From contig OX597821.1 in assembly GCA_951406725.2 (NCBI GenBank), positions 94,550,001-94,614,000 on the forward strand: a DNA stretch of 64,000 bases. Direction: 5' to 3'. Below are positions 26,741 to 45,699 of the stretch, in pieces (within the stretch, counting starts at the first letter, position 1; the number at the start of each line of letters is the position of its first letter). This stretch comes from Octopus vulgaris (lineage: Eukaryota). The notes beneath the pieces are model-generated. The model was not told the origin of the DNA. It saw nothing but the letters and a program-made list of their open reading frames with translations, and made no database searches. Position numbers and translations under genes: made by a program.

Positions 26741-27624
26741 ATTATTAACGCTCACAAACAATGTGCAATTTTCAAGTATTTAATGAAGGACTTTCGGTAG
26801 AATAACAGAAATAAGTTTGAAAGTTTTCCAGAATGAGAAAAATGTGTATTTTAATTAAACACCAATCATAGCCAAATACGTTTGTCTAGTTTATTTGTCT
26901 TGTTTTCTTTCTACTGTTTTACTTCTTCATTGAAGTGACGTCTATGCAACAATTTCGCATCTGACATTATGTGTTGTAATTACTGGTTCTTAATTAGTTT
27001 TAGATGTCTGAAATGCTAAATTGCTACCTCGCAGTTCCTAAAGAGAAATAACATACCAACGCAACATGAATGGGAAAAAAAATAGAGAAAAATAAGCAGA
27101 CATTTATATTCTGTAAAACTTCTTATATCTTTATAATGCCTGTGATTCAAGGACCATGGTTACGTCTGTAGTAAACCAGGATGTGTGAATTCGACTTTTT
27201 AAGACCCAACAGTTATGCTGGCCATATATACACAGCTGGAATTGAACTCAGCAGGGGACACCATCTAGATACTTGTTACTTAAACTGGGCCGTCGCAGAA
27301 CGGGACAACTCAAAAGATCCTACATGCACATTGACAGGTTATGTAACACGTTAATAATTAAGTGGTTTCGCCACGGATGGATCGTAAACCGCGGAATTAT
27401 TTACTTTTCATCTGACTGCCTCTTAAATAGATCAACTGAAACGCTAACAGATACGAAAGTAACTACATCAGAGGGAGAATACAAGCCTACACCTAAAGCA
27501 GTGTTTCTCAACTACTTTTTATGAAGCCCTTTGATTCCTCTTTTACTCGGATAGACCCTGATAGGTCAAATGGCTAAAGTCCTAAAATTTTATAAGCCCT
27601 AAAATTCATTCCATAATTGCCCAC

Positions 27625-27698
27625 GGGCATATGGTGTATTGGTTGAGAGCGCGGGCTACTAACTCCAAAATTCCGAGTTCGATTCCAGGCAGTGACCT
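27625..27698 (+). promoter_or_regulatory. tRNA-like segment with Pol III A and B boxes
   Basis: A box tggtgtattgg (27632-27642), B box gagttcgattcc (27675-27686), tRNA-like spacing, imperfect stems. Confidence 0.65.
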
Positions 27699-27798
27699 GA
27701 ATAATAATGATAATAATAATAATAACAACAATAATAACAACAGCAACAACATTGAAAAATACCTTAAGAATGAGTACCCAAGTTCGAAATTTCCCCAA

Positions 27799-27849
27799 GA
27801 CACCTGATGAAAGCTGGGGGGGGGGGTATATCAGCCGAAACGTTGTGTT
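27799..27849 (+). ncRNA. Minimal type I hammerhead ribozyme
   Basis: gacac-CTGATGA-aa-gctg(loop)cagc-c-GAAAC-GTT-gtgtt: canonical core, stem I gacac/gtgtt, stem II gctg/cagc, palindromic AACGTT stem III. Confidence 0.75.
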
Positions 27850-28242
27850 AACATCAAACAAGATGATAAGACATATGGTAACCAGGAAGAAGGATTTACC
27901 TCATTAAAACCGTCTTTCTTAAAAGTCATCTGGGATTGCTTATTTCTGTGCTTCAAGCTCTCGAAAGAGAATGGCCTGTAACCACTTACATAAAATGCAA
28001 AGAATGTGAGCAGAGCAAGTCGTGAAGAGAATGTTATAAAGTTGATAGCAGGTCTTAACAACTACAGTATCATCAATATAACGTGTTTTATGAGTAAATA
28101 TGTAAATGGAATGACATCTATATCTGTAATAATCATTTAGTCTTGCAGCAAAAGTGGGTTTCTATCACCCACCCACTCACTCTGTATCTCTCTGTGTACA
28201 AATATATGAATCAATTCATCTAATTGTCTATATTCCTCTCCC

Positions 28243-28316
28243 TTCTTCTTCTTCTTCTTCTTCTTCTTCTTCTTCTTCTTCTTCTTCTTCTTCTTCTTCT
28301 TCTTCTTCTTCTTCTT

Positions 28317-28401
<85 letters not shown>

Positions 28402-28554
28402 TATGTTTGACTTTTGCTTTATGTCTGTACAAGTTGGCTCCAAGTCTCACCCAGAGACCGCAAGAGACAACAGGTTGGAAGTTCACGTTGTTGTTATGTC
28501 TAGTGTGCTATATATTTGGGGTTTTTTGGTGTTGTACTAGTGAATGTCTAATGA

Positions 28555-28589
<35 letters not shown>

Positions 28590-28594
28590 CATCA

Positions 28595-28664
<70 letters not shown>

Positions 28665-28677
28665 CATTATTATTATA

Positions 28678-28749
<72 letters not shown>

Positions 28750-28750
28750 T
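28243..28750. repeat. (TTC)n and (TTA)n arrays around a 150-bp unique insert
   Basis: Visible repeats; the insert at 28400-28550 may be a retrotransposon 3' UTR fragment. Confidence 0.9.
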
Positions 28751-31828
<3,078 letters not shown>

Positions 31829-32098
31829 GATTTAAACTGCCAGAATAGAGTTTTGGAAAAATGTTTCGCTGTATTTCTTCAGGGCATTTACACTTTAAGG
31901 AAATTGTGAGGGGTAGGAAGAGCAAAATATAGATTCAATGTGTAGTTTTTGTGTTTATTTTTGCGTTGTTGTTATTCATCATGTTAGCATTGCTTTTTAG
32001 CCCCAGGAAAAATAGGTAGCGTCCTGATCGAACACATACACACGCTTAAATATATGTGTGTGAGTGTGTATGTGTGTGCGTGCGCATGTTTATCTTAG

Positions 32099-32152
<54 letters not shown>

Positions 32153-32446
32153 CGTATGTTTATACATATGTACTCACTCGCTCACTCACTCAATCATACA
32201 CGCTCAATCATACACGCATATACATATATATACAAATATGTATATACACTTATATGCTCCCATTTGCGTATATGTGCGTTAATATTTACACATACGTATA
32301 CATGTACACCCCCAAAATATACATTTTTCATCAGATATAAATCTTGTAAAATTGAGTGTGTGTGTCTTTGTACGGTGTGTGTACGTGTGTATGTGTGTAT
32401 GTGCGTTGTTAGACAGACAGACATACATACAAATAGATAGATAGTT

Positions 32447-32520
<74 letters not shown>

Positions 32521-32522
32521 TA

Positions 32523-32625
<103 letters not shown>

Positions 32626-33363
32626 TGTATATGTTTGCATAAACTGAATAATGATATACATACTTACGTACACACGTACATACAAACATATACATACATA
32701 CATGCATACATACATACATACATACATACATACATACATTTACATACACACATACATATTTAAGTAGCACATTGACAGTGAACTGCGGAATCGTGTGAGG
32801 AATATGTGAGTGAGGTAAATTCCTTGAAGCGGGGTTGTGTAAATTTGGATCTGAAAAGTTTGGCACATAACATCATTTAGCATTCTGCCAATAGCTTCAA
32901 TCAATTTAATAGTTTTAGATATCTGCAAGGAAACTCTTTGTGCGTATGTTGCGTGTCTATGTGCACCTCATAAAGCGTGCTTTGTGTGTATGTGTTCATA
33001 CGTTTCAGAACCAGTCGATTTGCATAAATTTTCTCGTCTTGCAAATGACACTTGCAGTGCTGTTGAGTTATTCTTTTCCTTCTTTTTCTCAGTTACATTG
33101 AAATAAATAATTGAAAAGGTAAATATAAGTATGAATAATTAAATAAGTATATAAAAGAGAACAAATAGATGAATTCGTTATATTTTATCACCCAAAAACA
33201 CTCACAGAAACATTTAGATACAGAAAATACGAAAATAAAAGCAACATCTTAGCTCCGCCATTAGCACCAATATCGTATTTTTCCTATCATCATCTGCTTA
33301 TGATTTGGCATATTTTTTCTAAAGCTGATATATATTACATGTATGCAAATATATATGTATTTA

Positions 33364-33415
<52 letters not shown>

Positions 33416-34379
33416 CCTCTCTCTATCTCCATTTCTCTTTATGAGTGTGTATGTTCACGTTTGATAGACACGCATTCATAGATACATACATTCACATGTA
33501 CACATATACATACATATAAGTATAAATGCATATTTATTTGACATTATGTATGTTTATGTGTGTATATAAAATATGTTCACACACAGACACATACACACAC
33601 ACAAACACATACACATATTCAACGAGACGTGATGTAGTTGTTTTTTAAATGAAATGTAAAAATAGATGAATTGGAAAATAAAGATAAATGAATATATTCA
33701 TTTTAAAAAAAATGTGATATTGTTATAAATAAATGAAACGCCTAGAAACCTCACAAAAAAAACGATGAGAGATAGCGAATAAAGGGGAATATAAAAATGA
33801 ATTGAGTGTATGTATGCGTGTATAGATGTATATATATATATATATATTTATATGTACATATATGTACATATATGTATATATTCACAGACACTCACACACA
33901 GACACGCACACATAGGCGCACACACTCACACATACACATATACACAAAGAAACACACGCAAACATACACATGATGTGAGATATGTTGAAAAAAATAAAGC
34001 AGGGTTTCAAAACCGGCGCTGGTGATGTATGGGAGCAAACGAAGCATCATGAACGCAAATATGCTCGATTTGCATCGTAAAGGACTTTACAAAGCGTGCT
34101 CGAATCAATGAAATTAATATTAAAAATGAAATTTAGACATTTACTTCTGAACTACTAATAGTTTTATAGGTATAAATGCTAAATACCTTAACGAAGATGC
34201 TTCGCTTTTGAATAATCATTTAAGAAGAGTTATACAAAAGTGAAAAATAATCAAGTTTAGTACAGTAATATACACACGTACATATTTACATACATACATT
34301 CGACTTGAACGTGTATGTGTATTCATATGTATACACATATATGCAGTGTGTGTGTGTAATCAGGGGAGCTTTCAGCATA

Positions 34380-35760
34380 TGTTGTAGAGTTTCTAAAGTG
34401 GCAACTTTTTCGCTACCAGCAAAGAAGTTGACTTGCGCCAGAAACAGTTTTGAAATAACGGAAACTATTCTAAGTACGTGAGTAACTGATGAAATCATTA
34501 AACAAACATGTCGCAATTTAAAAAGCAATGATCATCTTCAGACATTTACAAGAAAATGATTCCGAATGATTTACTGTTAGCTGGGGTTGGTTTCATAGAT
34601 TTAAGAAATTTCATGGAAATTACCCCAAAATTCTTTATAGTATCTTCGAATGCGCCAACTATTCCCACCAAATTCTATCTAATGTAGCTGAAACGGGTCT
34701 TTTTAGAAAAAAGACACAATCCTGAACTTTCTTCTATTGAAAAGAAAAGGGATGCTGTGTCCAAGGTTGGAAAAGGTCATATCACACTATTACCTGGTGA
34801 TATTGCTTCAGAAGGCATTTTAACCAATGTACTTTTATAATTTAGAAGCGTCACGGATCAATGACGGTAATAGAAAACCATACCATCTTGAAATTGGTAA
34901 TCATACAAGAAAGCTTAAGAAACAAAAGAACATTTCACACAGGAGCTGTCATACTTTTGTTCTGCAGTGAAAAGATATTGCGAATGATATAACCTTGAAG
35001 CTAAAATATTGCAGGTGATTGATAATATTTTTCACTACGCAAGAATCTAGACACTCCATAGACCTGAACTTCTATCGGAAACAGTTTGCCTCTCATAAGA
35101 CATTACTAACTTACTGACATCTATAGGTATGGGTATACGTCGTTGTACTTTCAAATAACTTGTTGAAGAAACAAGTCAAATAATCTCTCGAGGACTTTCG
35201 GAAAATTGCCATATAATGGAAGCGTTAGGTGTTATTTAAGCAGTCTGTAACCTTTTAATTGAGAACTGCATGGACAGAGTATGGCCAGAAGCTATGGTTA
35301 GAAGTATTCAATGATTATTATGTATTTGACGAAGAAATAGTCTCAGCAGTCATCAATTACATCGTTGAACTGGCCAAAGAAGGGAAAATACAAAACAAAA
35401 TTCGAAGATTTCGAGTTATTGCTAGAGTTTTACTTGAAGAGCTGGAGGAGTTTGCGAGGCAATACATGCAAAATGGGCTGAAAATCACACTACGGAATCA
35501 GTAACCACCGAAAGAATGCTTAGCGAATTTCTCATTAAAAGCATCACCAAACTTACGGAAATCGGATGCTAGTTAACTGAAAATAACCTTGAAGGGAATG
35601 CAGCACGAAGATAAAGGGATGCGTTCTGATCATGATACCCTACTGTCGTGAACTGCTTTGTGGGAGTTGTCTCAAGAAAAACACAGCTGATTTTAAACGA
35701 ACACTCCGAAACGCAACATAATTGTGAGGACGAACCAGAACCTCTGTCCGCATCCTAGAT
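34380..35760 (+). pseudogene. pogo/Tigger-type DDE transposase remnant
   Basis: Broken-frame motifs FTVSWGWFHRFKK (CENP-B-type HTH), NVAETGLF (cf. NxDETGLF), HITLL and LQVIDN (cf. LLILDN). Confidence 0.75.
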
Positions 35761-36177
35761 TTAGTATCTTCTGTTCTACTTCACACTGTTGCTTTGCCGT
35801 GGAATAAATAGCGAGTATTTGTGTGTGTATTAGTGTGTAAAACTGATTGATTTGCGTTTAATAATGTTATATTACCATTAGAACTTAATGAATTAAAATA
35901 ACCTCATGCAATATGATATTAATCATACTGTGTGAGATTATCGAAAGTTATAGCGTTGCGTTTTAAGGAACGCATGTAGTTCGCTAACTGTCCACTCAAG
36001 AAAACATATAGCAAATGATCCACAAGCACTCAAGTAAACTGAATACTCATCTTGTTCCATTTGCCAAAAGAGTTTGCAAGGCACCAGCGGGTCTCAAGGG
36101 ACACATTCGGGTTCATAGAACATGATTAACGCTTTATTTTACTGAAACCTCATTTGTCGTTCATGACAAGAGAATCC

Positions 36178-36243
<66 letters not shown>

Positions 36244-36279
36244 TAATAAATAAATAAAACATATGCATATATACATACA

Positions 36280-36510
36280 TATATGTACGTACCTACCTCT
36301 ACATGTATATATACATGCATATATGGGTACAGGACACCAAAAAAAAAAAAACGTCGAACACAATGAGAAACGAAAACATAAACACAAATCCAAGGAAATG
36401 AACATTTTTCTTAAACAACGAAAAAATAGAGTACAGGACATACAAAACAAGGAAAAATTCCTCTTCTTCAGTCGCCTTTGTTTCATCTACTCCACGTTTC
36501 GAAGGTCAGA
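36280..36510 (-). mobile_element. Possible Penelope-like terminal fragment between (TA)n tracts
   Basis: Minus strand begins ccttcGAAACGTgg (hammerhead 3'-half-like) followed by a T-rich tail. Confidence 0.4.
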
Positions 36511-36570
36511 GACACTGAGACAGACAGAACAAAGACAGAAAGAGACAGAGAGAGGCAGAGAAGCAGAGAG

Positions 36571-36709
<139 letters not shown>

Positions 36710-37177
36710 CAGACAGACAAACAGATGCTTTCTGTGCGTGCAATATCTATTGTTTGCAAAGGAATAGAGGATTACAGGAATAAGTGCTTAAAACATTTTT
36801 TTAGATGATAAATAAATAAATAAACACAAGTATCTGGAGCATCTGGAATAATACTCAAGCGATATCAAATGAAAACTGTTGAACTGTACTGGCAAGTCGC
36901 AACTGTTTTATAAAAATTAACGGAACGAAAAATACAAACAAAACTGACGCGTAAAAATGAAGGTTGAGGGAAGATTTATACCGGGTGTTTTTTTTGTTTG
37001 TTTTTTTTTTTCGATAAAGATAAACAACAACAACAACAGAAAAAGTAGCAACAATGAAGAAGAAGAAGAAGAAGAAGAAGAAGAAGAAGAAGAAGAAGAA
37101 GAAGAAGAAGACATATATATACAGTAACTCGCTACCTCATAAATCCTACCAGGAATAAGACCGAACATGTGTCAAAT

Positions 37178-38250
<1,073 letters not shown>

Positions 38251-38741
38251 TGAAAATAAGCGTAATAAAGGTAAAAAAAAAACATAAAATCAAATAAAAA
38301 TTACAAATTGCGAAACAAGCAAATTTCAGCTTTGGATTAAGTATTAGTGCAAAAATGCTTGCCGAGCTAAATGTTTTTTTATTCATCTCGAACAAACTCC
38401 AATTAAATCTTATGAATTACAAAAGCGAGTACATTGTTTCGAAAATTTTTGTTAAGACGCCATATTGGATTTCTATAAATATTCTTTTTTTTTTCTTTTT
38501 TGGCTTTTTTCTCCTTCTATATACAAGTAATTCAAAATGTTTCGTTCTGATATCATTTTAATTTTTTCTTTTAACGAGTTTCTGCTCTTGTTTTTTGTTC
38601 AAGGAAGTAACGGGGTAGGTGCTATTCGGAGCATTTGCTTTTGGCATGTATATAGGTCCATTATATAAGCAAGACTTGATACATACGTTCATAATATACA
38701 CAACCTCTCCCTTTCTCTCTCCATTTGTATCTCTCCACTTA

Positions 38742-38811
<70 letters not shown>

Positions 38812-38892
38812 GATAGATAGATAGATAGTTAGATAGATAGGTAGATAGATAGCAAGATACATATATATTATGTATGTATGTATATATGTATC

Positions 38893-38927
<35 letters not shown>

Positions 38928-39051
38928 ATATAGTGAGAGATTGATAGATATGTATATATACATACATATATATACACACACATACAAACACACACATATA
39001 TACACACACACATAAATATATATATCATATGTCTTATAAACATTTATGAAG

Positions 39052-39113
<62 letters not shown>

Positions 39114-39133
39114 AATATGAATGTGTGTGTATG

Positions 39134-39169
<36 letters not shown>

Positions 39170-39814
39170 ATATGCATGTCCCTGTGTGCGTATGTGTGTG
39201 TATGTGTATGCGCGTGTTCGTGCGTGAACGCATATATGCATTTTATTCATGCAGAGCTAGATGCATATACATAGTAACAGATAAAGTTAAGATTGAGAAG
39301 TGTAGAGGCACTCGATTGATAACATGCTAACACACGCGCGTGAACACACATATACATACTCATAGATACACAAGCAACCTTCGCCCACGTACAAACACAT
39401 GCAGAAATGGATATAAGCTTATATGTACGTACGTATGATTAAATTTCTAATCTGCCAATGTCTATAAGCTATGCACAATTTATAGGAACAGCTAACGTAT
39501 GTATATAGGTATAGATTATATATAATGAATTTCTGTTCTCTAATGATTCTATGTACATAAATATATATACATGATATCAACACATATGAACGTGTAAATA
39601 CACAGCAAGTTTTACAGAGATGATACGTATGTACATTGAGGCATCATCATTTGTGTTTGTAATTATGTCTAAGTATGTATTATATATTTATGTGTCAAAA
39701 ATTATGAATAATATGCATGTGTGTGTATAGATGTATATGCGTGGTTGTGTATTTTGGTGCGTGAAATATATACATATAAATACACATGCGTAAGTAAATA
39801 TGTATGTATGCATG

Positions 39815-39848
<34 letters not shown>

Positions 39849-39921
39849 TGTATGTATGTATGTATGTATGTATGTATGTATGTATGTATGTATGTGTTTG
39901 TGTGCACATATGTAAGTACGC

Positions 39922-39963
<42 letters not shown>

Positions 39964-40834
39964 ATATGGGAGTGTGATATACTTAAATACATATATATAT
40001 ATATGTATATATATATATACATACATACATACATATATATATATATATACACACACACACAAGCACACATATATACACACATGTATCATATTTGGGGCTC
40101 TAAGTATTTGACACTTCCAAACATATACATAGATAGATACGTACGTATGTATTATGCATGTATGTATGTATGTATGTATGTATGTATGTATGTATGTATG
40201 TATGTATGCATGTATGTATGTACATACGTACGTATGTATGCATGTTTGCATGCATTCATGCTTGTATGTATGTATTTATGTACGTGTGTCTGACTACATA
40301 TATAAATATATGTATACATACATATCTAGACGTATAGATACGCATGAATCTATACGCATGTGTACACATACATATATGCATATGTACACATACATATACA
40401 GACGTACATTGACAATATGCGCGAATCCGCAGAGTATATGCACACATATTAAACATGTATGTATGAATATTTTCATATGATTAACTCTACCACACGTATG
40501 CAAAACGAAAGAAAGATAATGCCTATGTTTGCACTGATCTATACAAATATATATGCTGAACTTGCCTGCAAAAAGCACTTGCTTACATCTTTTCTAAAAC
40601 TAATATTTAGCATGAATTATCGCAGGGTCTTTAATTCTGCCATATATATGATGAATATTTATAAATGATGTTGATATTTATAAATATGTATATATGATTT
40701 ATTCAAAGATCTAAAACATGTTTAATATTACATCATGATAGGATGGTGGTAGTCAGAATGAAAAGTGTGCCGCGTAAAGTGCCACACGGTATTAATCTTC
40801 GTTTGATTTCGATTGTTGTCGTCGTTGTTGTTGA

Positions 40835-40887
<53 letters not shown>

Positions 40888-40927
40888 TATTATTATTATT
40901 ATTATTATTGTTGTTGTTATTATTATT

Positions 40928-40963
<36 letters not shown>

Positions 40964-40989
40964 ATTACTACTACTACTACTACTACTAC

Positions 40990-41040
<51 letters not shown>

Positions 41041-41761
41041 TCTGAGTTCAAATCCTGCAAAGTATATAGTATTTTTTTCCTTTGAATTCTGACTGTGTCG
41101 CTAAAATAACTGCTTGTATTATTATTATTATTATTATTACTAGTATTAGTATTAACAGTTGTAGTAGCAACAGTAGCCACAGCAGCAACATCAGCAGCTC
41201 TAGTGGCGGCGGCGGCGGCGGTGGTGGTGGTGGTGGTGGTGGTAATACTTGTTGCCATTGCTGTTGTTTATCTCAAAAAAAAAAAAGAAATTTTGTACGC
41301 ATGAGATCTACGATCAAAGGCATTCCAGCCGTGAACAACGCTTTTAAAAAAAAAAAACAAGATGGTGGGAGGGTGCGATCTGATGGAACATTTCGCCGCC
41401 ATTACGACCAGTCAGTCAGAGACCTCCTTCTCCGATTCAAATAAATACAAATAATTTAGTGATGTCGAATTTTTCTGGACTCTATCATCACCACGTCATC
41501 CATTTCGAATCCAAGGCATTGTGCCAGGATTAGATATTAATATTACATCATATTCGCGAACATTACTAATGAATTTGGGAAGTAATACACCACCGAAGGC
41601 TATACGTAATATTATTAATCTTACAGCAATAAACCCAAACTTTCATGACGGGTAATAATCAATGTTGTCATGGATACCGAAACCGATTTTCATTACTCGT
41701 TTCTAGTTATTTCATTTCACATTTCTTATATAATGTCCGTAAAATGTATGTGTATATACAT

Positions 41762-42360
41762 ATTTCTTTATTACCCACAAGGGGCTAAACATAGAGAGGA
41801 CAAACAAGGACATACATAGGTATTAAGTCAATTACATCGACCCCAGTGCATAACTGGTACTTAATTTATCGACCCCGAAAGGATGAAAGGCAAAGTCGAC
41901 CTCGGCGGAATTTGAACTCAGAACGTAAAGACAGACGAAATACCTATTTCTTTATTACCCACAAGGGGCTAAACATAGAGGGGACAAACAAGGACAGACA
42001 TAGGTATTAAGTCAATTACATCGACCCCAGTGCATAACTGGTACTTAATTTATCGACCCCGAAAGGATGAAAGGCAAAGTCGACCTCGGCGGAATTTGAA
42101 CTCAGAACATAAAGACAGACAAAATACCTATTTCTTTATTACCCACAAGGGGCTAAACACAGAACGGACAAACAAGGACAGACAAACGGATTAAGTCGAT
42201 TATATCGACCACAGAGTTCAACTGGTACTTAATTTATCGACCCCGAAAGGATGAAAGGCAAAGTCGACCTCGGCGGAATTTGAACTCAGAACGTAAAGAC
42301 AGATAAAATACCGCTAAGCATTTCGCCTGGCATGCTAACATTTCTGCCAGCTCACCACCT
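41762..42360 (-). mobile_element. Family C SINE tandem trimer within one 17-bp TSD
   Basis: Three units of about 185 bp with a single head; TSD tgtatgtgtatatacat at 41745-41761 and 42361-42377. Confidence 0.92.
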
Positions 42361-42391
42361 TGTATGTGTATATACATGTATGTACATACAA

Positions 42392-42905
42392 GTGAAGGCG
42401 CGTGGCTTAGTGGTTAGGGCATTCGGTTCACGATATTAAGCTCATGAGTTCAATTCCCGGCGACGCGTTGAGTCCTTGAGCAAGACGTTTTGTTTGTTTG
42501 TTTGCTCCAGTCCACTCCGCTGACAAAAGTGAGTTGTACCTGTATTTCAAAGGGCCAGTCTTGTCACACTCCGTGCTACACTGGATCTCCCTGAGGACAA
42601 CGTTAAGGGTACACGTAATCGTGGAGTGCTCAGTCGATAAATTAAGTACCAGTTACGCACTGGGGTCGATATAATCGACTTAATCCGTTTGTCCTTGTTT
42701 GTCCCCTCTGTGTTTAGCCCCTTGTGAGTAGTAAAGAAATAGGTATTTTGTCTGTCTTTACGTTGTGAGTTCAAATTCCGCCGAGGTCGACTTTGCCTTT
42801 CATCTTTCGGGGTCAATAAATTAAGTACCAGTAGCGTACTAGGGTCGATCTAATCGACTGGCACCCTCCCCCAAAATTTCAGGCCTTGTGCCAAAAGTAG
42901 AAAAT
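42392..42905 (+). mobile_element. Chimeric SINE: A-type body fused to a truncated family C dimer
   Basis: Switch at gtggagtgctcag|tcgataaattaagtacc near 42633. Confidence 0.8.
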
Positions 42906-43049
42906 AATAAGTTTGAGTCATGATGCCTGAGTTTACGGTTCAAATTATCAACAGGACATTAGTTTTAATTAATTGATTTTTTTAGTCCTATTTTGCCGAT
43001 GTAGTTACAAAACTTATCTTTTTTATATTTTTTGTTAATGCCAAGGATA

Positions 43050-44130
43050 TATCAATTGAAATTAGAACGTCATTAGTAAAGGTCAATACAGAACGTTTTA
43101 CAACAGAAATATATACTAGATGGCCTATTCTCGACAATGTAACCATTTCTTTTTTTTTTTCTAGAGATAAACAACATTATGCAATCCATATCAATTATAG
43201 AGGTGCATGTTAGCGTCCTTGAAATATGTTTTAAAATGCTGCAAGATGATATAAGACGTTGTAAGACGTTTAGAATCATGTGGTGGAAGAATATAATTAT
43301 TTGTTTCAATTAGTGTAGGACATAATAACGTTAATTAACGAATTTTGGCACTTGATAAAAAAATTACGATATCCTGAATTGTTGTCATGCTTACACAATC
43401 AGTTATCATTTATAAAATCCACAAAAATTTCCAGCGTATTGTCTTTCCATGAGTGCCACGAATCTATACATATGCTTCATGATAATATCTCTTCGGTAGG
43501 ATTTCTATTTTGCTTGAAGCTTGACTGAAGAATTATAATTAATTCCTTGTTCTTAATCTTAGCATTAGTCTCTAATGAAATTGATAATCCTCTTTAATTT
43601 TACGCAAAACTTGTTTCTTTTCTTTAGAAACGCTAGTAGCATAAACTTTGTGCATTCCTCATCTTCAAGACTTGATAACAAAAATTTGCCACAAAAATTT
43701 CCTACAAAAACTTTTTGTACATCCGACGGGATTTTCGTCCGATCTAACTGATTTTCACAAACAATTTTAATTTTCACCCTCTTTAATTCCTTCTCACGAA
43801 TTGGTTCAGCTGATATTTGAAGCACACTTTGCAAGCTGCTAATCAGTTCTAAGTCGTTTGTAGTTGTTGGAACATTTAATAACTTTTAAAAACCAAAGTA
43901 GAATCTTTGTTATGTGATACTCAATGGCATCTGCCGTTAGTTAAGATTAGCTTGCTTTTCTGTCAGTGATCTTGACAATATCTTCCTTAATCTCCTGTAT
44001 CTGTTCAGTTTTATGGGACTGCACAACTTCACTGGTTAATTCTCCTGGTGTTCTTTCTCATCGTAGTTCGAAGGTAGTAGGATTATCTCATCCTTCTCCA
44101 AGCTATATCCAGACAGCGAACTTAAAACTG
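43050..44130 (-). pseudogene. Decayed coding-like segment of unknown family
   Basis: Protein-like frames across frameshifts (KTEQIQEIKEDIVKI..., NDLELISSLQSVLQISAEPIREKELKRVKIK...); free of microsatellites. Confidence 0.4.
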
Positions 44131-45699
44131 CAAAATAACGAAACTTGTTAATTTCAGAGTGGTGACTTATTCCCCAACCTGTTGCGCATTCTCACTACCA
44201 CTTGAGCAGAGCCATTTTTTTCTTGTTTAGCTACTTATCCAATAAGTATCTTAACTCTAATTAATGAAGCATTCCGCGGGTCATTACAGCTTAAGAAAGC
44301 GAAAATTCTAAAAACTATTCAGCAACTGGCATCACATGTGAAATATTTATACAACTACGGTGATGTATAAAACATTTATGGTTTAGAAAAAAACAGGAGT
44401 TCGAGTTAGGCTGGCTTTCGAATGAGAAATACAGCCCGTTGCGAAATTTACAAATTGTATTCAAGCGCATGTCTTTATACTCAAAGCAAAGGCCCTTAAG
44501 CACCTTACTTTTTAGAATCATGAAAAATACTTCTAAAAGCTTCTATTGAAATTAGCAAACGGCTCTAATAATGGCATGCTCTCTTCAAAGAGTTGAACTG
44601 AGAAATTCTTCTTGACATTGTCTTTCTGTGAACTGCAACAGAATGAATGTTGATAAATTGGATTTCTATATGAAACCCAAACGTGTTATAAAACTATCAT
44701 TTCACAAACACATTTACGGAAATGCCAACATATGGAGATAGACGATGGGGGCTCCAAGCTTGCAGAATCTGAGAATCGACTTCAATCTCTTATTAACTAC
44801 TTCAAGTATTCCGTGGATTTATTTGATGAAAGGTATTGTCAAAACATCCTAACCACTCCGAAATGCTTGCATCTCACAGTCTGGATAGGTGGCGCTGCGA
44901 GCTGATTTAGGTGTAGTTACACCATTTATCTACAGCGAGAAATTTTCTCCATGACGAAACACAGTGAATGGCTTGCTAACGGATTCGAACGTGCCACAAG
45001 CATATTTGAACTGGTAATGACATTTCATTTATACATGGCATTACTTAGTGCTCCCGGTATATCATTGTGAGGAGTATTCAATCGTAAAGCTTGATAGTGC
45101 CTCAATAGAAGCTACTCAAGCTTCTACGAGTCATCCTTTGGCATGTCGTTCTGGTTTCGTCAGAGTAGGGTAGTATCCACGAAAAGTTATCGGCATTCAT
45201 CACATACGCGATTTCCTATTACAGTCTTATGGTCTCATTACACAGCTTTCACAGTTTTGGTGAAAGCTTTGATATTAATAGTTTCTGTTCTACAGTTAAT
45301 TTTGAAATGCAATTCCATCCTGATTCTATTCAGATACCATGTATCATGATTAAAATCATTCTTTTCGTGTCAGATCTTACACCACGCTGATTTACGATGC
45401 TCAAGAGAGGAGGAGATAATTTTATACAAATGCTATGCTTGCAGAAGAGAAGTTAACGTCTGACTAAAAACGGTTCACGAGTATAGTCGTTTAGAGCGAT
45501 GGAACAGTTCAGTTAACATCTCGTATTCATATGTGTTATACTCGCAAAGACTTTAAGTATCTCTGCGTTCGTAAATTAATTAAATTAATTAAATTTACGT
45601 GACACACGAGGGTGTCGTAAAAGTCTGTCCTGTTAGTTATACAACCTCAGCGGGGAAAATAAGAGAGAGATTGACTGGACAACGATTTTCCTTGATTTC

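Noticed and set aside
33010-34080. Several octamer motifs (ATTTGCAT/ATGCAAAT) as a possible POU enhancer
   Set aside because: Such 8-mers are expected by chance in AT-rich DNA, and no conservation data are available.
41762-42360. Regularly spaced repeats resembling a CRISPR array
   Set aside because: Units are contiguous SINE bodies of about 185 bp with no unique spacers; eukaryotic context and no cas genes.
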